The notes below the pieces were generated by a model. That model was given only the letters and a program-made list of their open reading frames with translations. It was not told the DNA's origin and searched no databases. The translations under genes were made by a program, and so were the position numbers. A stretch of DNA of 64,000 nucleotides from Azolla caroliniana (lineage: Eukaryota; Plantae; Polypodiophyta): the NCBI GenBank assembly GCA_043228905.1, contig JBHGNT010000017.1, positions 10,726,001 to 10,790,000 on the forward strand. Reading direction: 5' to 3'. Positions 61,001 through 64,000 of this stretch are shown piece after piece. Positions within the stretch are counted from its first letter, which is position 1. The number at the start of each line of letters is the position of its first letter.

Positions 61001-63461
61001 GACTGAGCAGACCACAAGAGCCTTTGAGCGATCAAAGCACATCACGACCTAGCCCGAAGATGGACAAAGGCAAGGCGAAAATGGCGGAATATGAAGACGA
61101 TCGCTTCGATGACGATGAATCAACTCACTCACTCGACAGTGAGTTCGGCAGCTTCGACATACCAATCGGAACCAAGAAAGCCCTCATCTCTGCAAATGAA
61201 AAGCTCCGCCGATCCACTCGTGAAAAGAACCCCGTAAGCCGATTCGGCTACAACGATTACATCGCGTACCATTACGCCTTTATGATGAAGGTAGCGACAA
61301 TACCTTCATCATAAGGTACTGTCGCGAAGGACCCGCGATGGACCTGCGATGGATCGAAGCAATGAACGAGGAGATGTAAGCACTACGGAAGAACGAGATG
61401 TGGGATCTCGTTCCCACCTCACCACACAAAAAGGCGATCAGATGCAGATGGATCTACAAGGTGAAGTATAACGCCGATGGCTCCGTAAACCGCTACAAAG
61501 CTCGACTCGTAGCGAAAGGATACGCTCAGACACACGGCGTCGACTACGAAGAGACCTTTGCCCCGGTGGCAAAGATGACGACGGTACGGACCGTAATTGC
61601 GATTGCCGCGGCGAATGGGTGGCACCTCCATCAAATGGACGTCAAGAACGCCTTTCTACAAGGCGAATTAGAAGAGGAGGTGTACATGATCCAACCACCC
61701 GGCTTCAACTTGAGCACTCATCCAAAAGCCGTATGCTGACTCAAGAAGCCACTCTATGGCCTCAAGCAAGCACCGCGTGCTTGGCATTCGAAGATAACGC
61801 AATATCTTCATCAAATCGGTTTCCGTATGTCCAAATCGGACAACTCCCTCTACATACAAAGCGATTCCTCAAGTCCGATCGTCATCATCCTATATGTGGA
61901 TGACCTAGTCATTGGAGGTGAGCATCTCGCCGAAATCACTAAGGTCAAATCCCTCCTTTTCGACAAGTTCGAGATGACGGACATGAAGGAGCTCCACTAC
62001 TTCCTCGGCATCGAGGTAATTCGGACTCCGGACGGAATCATGATCTCTTAACGGCACTACATCCTCAACTTGTTATACAAGTTCGGGATGGCTGAGTGCA
62101 AATCCGTGGCAACCCCGCTGGATCGTAATCTCAAACTAGATGCGAACTCCGGCACCAAAGCGTGTGAGCCGACTCAGTATCGGCAACTCATCAGGAGTCT
62201 CATCTACCTCATGATCACACGACTCGATCTCAGTTATCTGATCGGTCTCCTTAGCCAATTCATGCAAACACCGTGTGATACTCACATGGATTGCGCTAAG
62301 CGAGTTCTACGCTACGTGAGTAGCACAATAGATTGTGGCATCCTCTACAAGACCGTGATGCCAATACGACTCGAGGGGTACATAGACGCCGATTGGGCCG
62401 ACTACAAAGCCGATAGAAGATCAACCTTCGGATTTGTTTTCTCCCTCGGCAGCGGAGCAATATCCTGGAGTAGCAAGAAGCAGCCCACCGTTGCTCTTTC
62501 GAGTACGGAGGCGGAATACAGGGGCGCAGTTGTAGCTGCGTGTGAAGCCGTGTGGCTCAAGAGGATTTTGAAGGATCTGGGCGTACCCATCAAGGATCCG
62601 ACGTCCCTTTACTGCGACAACATGAGCAGTATCTATCTGGCTCGGAACTCGGTGTTCCACGCGTGGACAAAGCACATCGAAGTGCACTATCACTTCATCC
62701 GAGAGCGCGTTCTGGCTGGCGATGTCGACCTACAACACATTAGCACCAATCTTCAAACGGCCGACATCTTCACTAAAGCCTTAGGAGCCGACAAGCTATG
62801 GCAATTCATGACCGATCTCGGATTGACGATCCCTGACCTGCCAAGCTTGAGGGGGAGTACTGAAGACACTACGCAATAACGCGTAGATTCCGCAACCATG
62901 CAACAAAGCCGCGAAGAAAGACGCCGAATCACAGACTTCGTAACTACGCACAACACAAGCTGGAGCACGGATTCCGCAACTCCGCATACATGCGAGTTGA
63001 CACGAGTCGATGCGGACTCCAGAACGCGAGTTGAAGCGGATTTCGGATACCGTCTGAAACCGACGCAACTTGAGCTTGAGGGGGCGTGTTGAGAATCAAG
63101 CTCAACTTGGTCTAGTGTGTGAACTCACCTTGAGAGTGAAGAGACACTCCAACGGTCAAGAGTCACCATTATGTCACCACTTTGTATTCTAGCATTTAGT
63201 ATGAGTCATAGAATATAATTCTATGACACATAACTTATGAGCTTTCACATTCCTCATGCTCCATGAGTCTTGTAGTTAATGAAGAAAGAGGGTGACTACA
63301 TAAAGCACCCTCCTCCCACCTTGTAAAATGTTGAGTCTTTCTCCTTTGTCAATGTAATTTTACCTTGCGTATTCCTTGTCTCTCTCTCTCTCTCTCTCTC
63401 ATACACACACATAACTCATATCTCTTCGGCTTCACAAGAATCCATCTCTTGATTATTTACA
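58084..63461 (+). mobile_element. Decayed full-length Ty1/copia (copia G)
   Basis: LTRs 58084-58474 and 63087-63461; TSD CCCTT; Met-PBS 58475-58486; gag, CGYCGKLGHHEEEC, integrase, RT (LYVDDL) and RNase H fragments with stops. Confidence 0.96.
59435..59545 (+). repeat. In-frame 39-bp tandem repeat in the copia G gag-protease linker
   Basis: Encodes YAHNSDYEEYSGM-YGNNSDYEDRGGM-YAHNSDCGGM. Confidence 0.75.
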
Positions 63462-64000
63462 CCCTTTCTAATAACTGCATGTAACTTTGGTGCATGTTCA
63501 TCTTTCTGAAAAATCGAATAGCCTAGGCGAAGTCGTTGGAATCCCAAACAAGGATGCCTCGAAGATCGGGGTGTAGCAGCAGGTGTGTTTGTGATTGACA
63601 GAATTTCGTAGTACAGTTGATTTTTGCCTTTAGTGATGATTTGAGTTTGTGCTTCCCTTAAGTGGTTTAGGGTTTCTGATTACAAATTTTAGATTAAAAG
63701 TGTCTAGTTACAAATTTCTAATTACAAATTTCTGATTACTGTCCCAATGTGTTGTAATTTTACACCAATTCTCATGACAAATTCTGGTTAGGGTTTCTAA
63801 TTTTTTAAGTGGTTGATTTCTGATACATGTTGAAAAGGACAGATTACAAATTTCAGATTACTGTCTCAAAGTGTTGTAATTTTGCACCAAATTCAAATTA
63901 AAAATTCTGTTTTTGCACCAATTCTGATTACTGATTTTCTATTTCAGGTGGCTCGTTCCTCCCTATCCTAGACTGCTGAACTTCGCAAAATTTTGCGAGA

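Larger units (their letters stand above)
57648..64000 (+). mobile_element. Possible CACTA-type element or spliced transcription unit, interrupted by copia G
   Basis: CACTA at 57648 followed by repeated CTAATTAGCTA; candidate exon borders at 58042|GTATGT, ~63522-63582|GTGTGT and TTTCAG|63948; TTCTGATTAC repeats at 63670-63935. The other end is not visible. Confidence 0.35.

Overview
Eukaryotic land-plant DNA (the element families look fern/lycophyte-like, but this cannot be confirmed from the sequence alone). Most of the window is nested transposable elements around one intact host gene, a six-exon SPX-RING E3 ligase of the NLA/BAH1 type (41676-43923, +, 360 aa). Target-site duplications (TSDs) resolve the nest. 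A chromoviral solo LTR is split by a Ty3/gypsy chromovirus (9629-37038, TSD TGTAG). That element carries (i) an intact Ty1/copia with apparently identical LTRs (10324-15632, TSD GTATA), (ii) a decayed copia (19772-29858, TSD TAAAG) whose 3' LTR holds a 1.9-kb non-autonomous LTR element (27528-29454, TSD CAAGC), (iii) a hAT transposon in its 3' LTR (31468-36638, TSD GTACTATT), and (iv) a 2447-bp tandem duplication. Further copia elements, two hAT MITEs, LINE ends and chromovirus 3' ends fill the rest. The most striking signal is in the small chromoviral-type LTR family. The 1.9-kb element has no tRNA primer-binding site (PBS); instead its PBS is exactly complementary to the predicted first 11 nt of its own transcript (Tf1-like self-priming), with an adjacent R/U5 stem that covaries between copies. 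These LTRs also carry a U3 hairpin that could mask the 3' copy of the primer, and an antisense tRNA-like A-box/B-box module at the LTR terminus.
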